Assembly: GCF_009914755.1 (NCBI RefSeq)
Contig: NC_060941.1
DNA: 64,000 bases
Source of the DNA: the human T2T-CHM13v2.0 reference genome, Homo sapiens
Reading direction: 5' to 3' (one strand)
In this document: positions 63,180-64,000 of the stretch, in pieces
Numbering within the stretch: the first letter of the stretch is position 1
How the letters are laid out: every line of letters begins with the position of its first letter
Position numbers and translations under genes: made by a program
The notes under the pieces: generated by a model
The model's input: only the letters and a program-made list of their open reading frames with translations
Databases searched by the model: none
Told to the model about the DNA's origin: nothing

Positions 63180-63820
63180 AAATATGTGGATAAACAGGCA
63201 CTCTTGTGGGAATATAAAATGGTACAACCTCTTTAGAAGACATCTTGGCAGTTTCTTAAAAAGATAAATATAAATTTATTATATCTTCTAGCAAGTCCTC
63301 TACTAGGAATCTACCCAAGGGAAGTGAAAACATTTCTCACAAACATTTGCATGAAAATGTTCACAGCAGCATTATTCATGATAGCTGAAAAGCATAAACA
63401 GCCCAGCTGTTCATCAGCTGATGAGTTGATAAACAAAATGTGATGTAGCCCTACAATGGAATACCATGAAATGACAAAAAGGAACAAACTACTGATACGT
63501 ATATATTACAATAAATGAACCTCAAAAACATACTAAGTGAAAGAAGGCAGATACAAGGGACCTTATATTGTATGACTCCACTTATGTGACTTGTCTAGAA
63601 AAGGCAAGTCTGTAGAGGTAGAGAATAGATTATTGGTTCTAGGGCTGGAAATGGGGAGTGATTGCGAATGGACATTGAGGGATCTTATTGAAGCAACAAA
63701 AATGTTCTAAACTGGATGATGGTGGTGGTTGTGCAATTCAGTGAACTTAATAAAAATTATTGACTTGTTCACTTCAAATGGGTGAATCTTATATGTAAAT
63801 TATACCTCAGTTTTAAAAAT
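63180..63820 (+). mobile_element. Old L1M 3' fragment
   Basis: Degenerate ORF2 end and 3'UTR motifs. Confidence 0.75.
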
Positions 63821-64000
63821 AAAAGGGATCGTTAAAATTGAATATAATTTTACTTTGAAAAATTAACCAAAAAACAAAAAAATACAAAAAAAATTTAAAG
63901 ACAAATAACCCATTGTGTAGCAATTAGAAGTGCAATAACTTTGTCCTTCCAATTTGTATTTTTTACACTTTCAATATTATACAGTTTAAGAAAATTATAA

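Overview
Human (primate) genomic DNA, recognised as the 17q22 C17orf67-DGKE locus. The minus strand carries the full coding region and downstream exons of C17orf67: three coding exons for a 90-aa (or 114-aa) secreted-precursor-like protein, TE-derived 5'UTR exons and a non-coding last exon. It lies head-to-head with DGKE (exons 1-4 visible) across a CpG island at about 50.3-52.5 kb. The rest is interspersed repeats (Alu, L1, L2, MIR, LTRs, DNA transposons) and two long simple repeats. Highlights: (1) C17orf67 looks like an orphan prohormone, with a signal peptide, a Gla-propeptide-like segment, an RSRR cleavage site and a 53-aa His-rich mature peptide. (2) A strongly diverged, fragmented cTAGE5/MIA2-like retrocopy is hidden at about 44.5-47.3 kb. 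(3) Several short, locally templated insertions/duplications of different ages cluster here; two land inside the retrocopy. (4) A ~1.7 kb (GGT/GAT)n array abuts the branch point of the last C17orf67 exon. Gene and repeat names come from recall, not database searches. Repeat boundaries are approximate.
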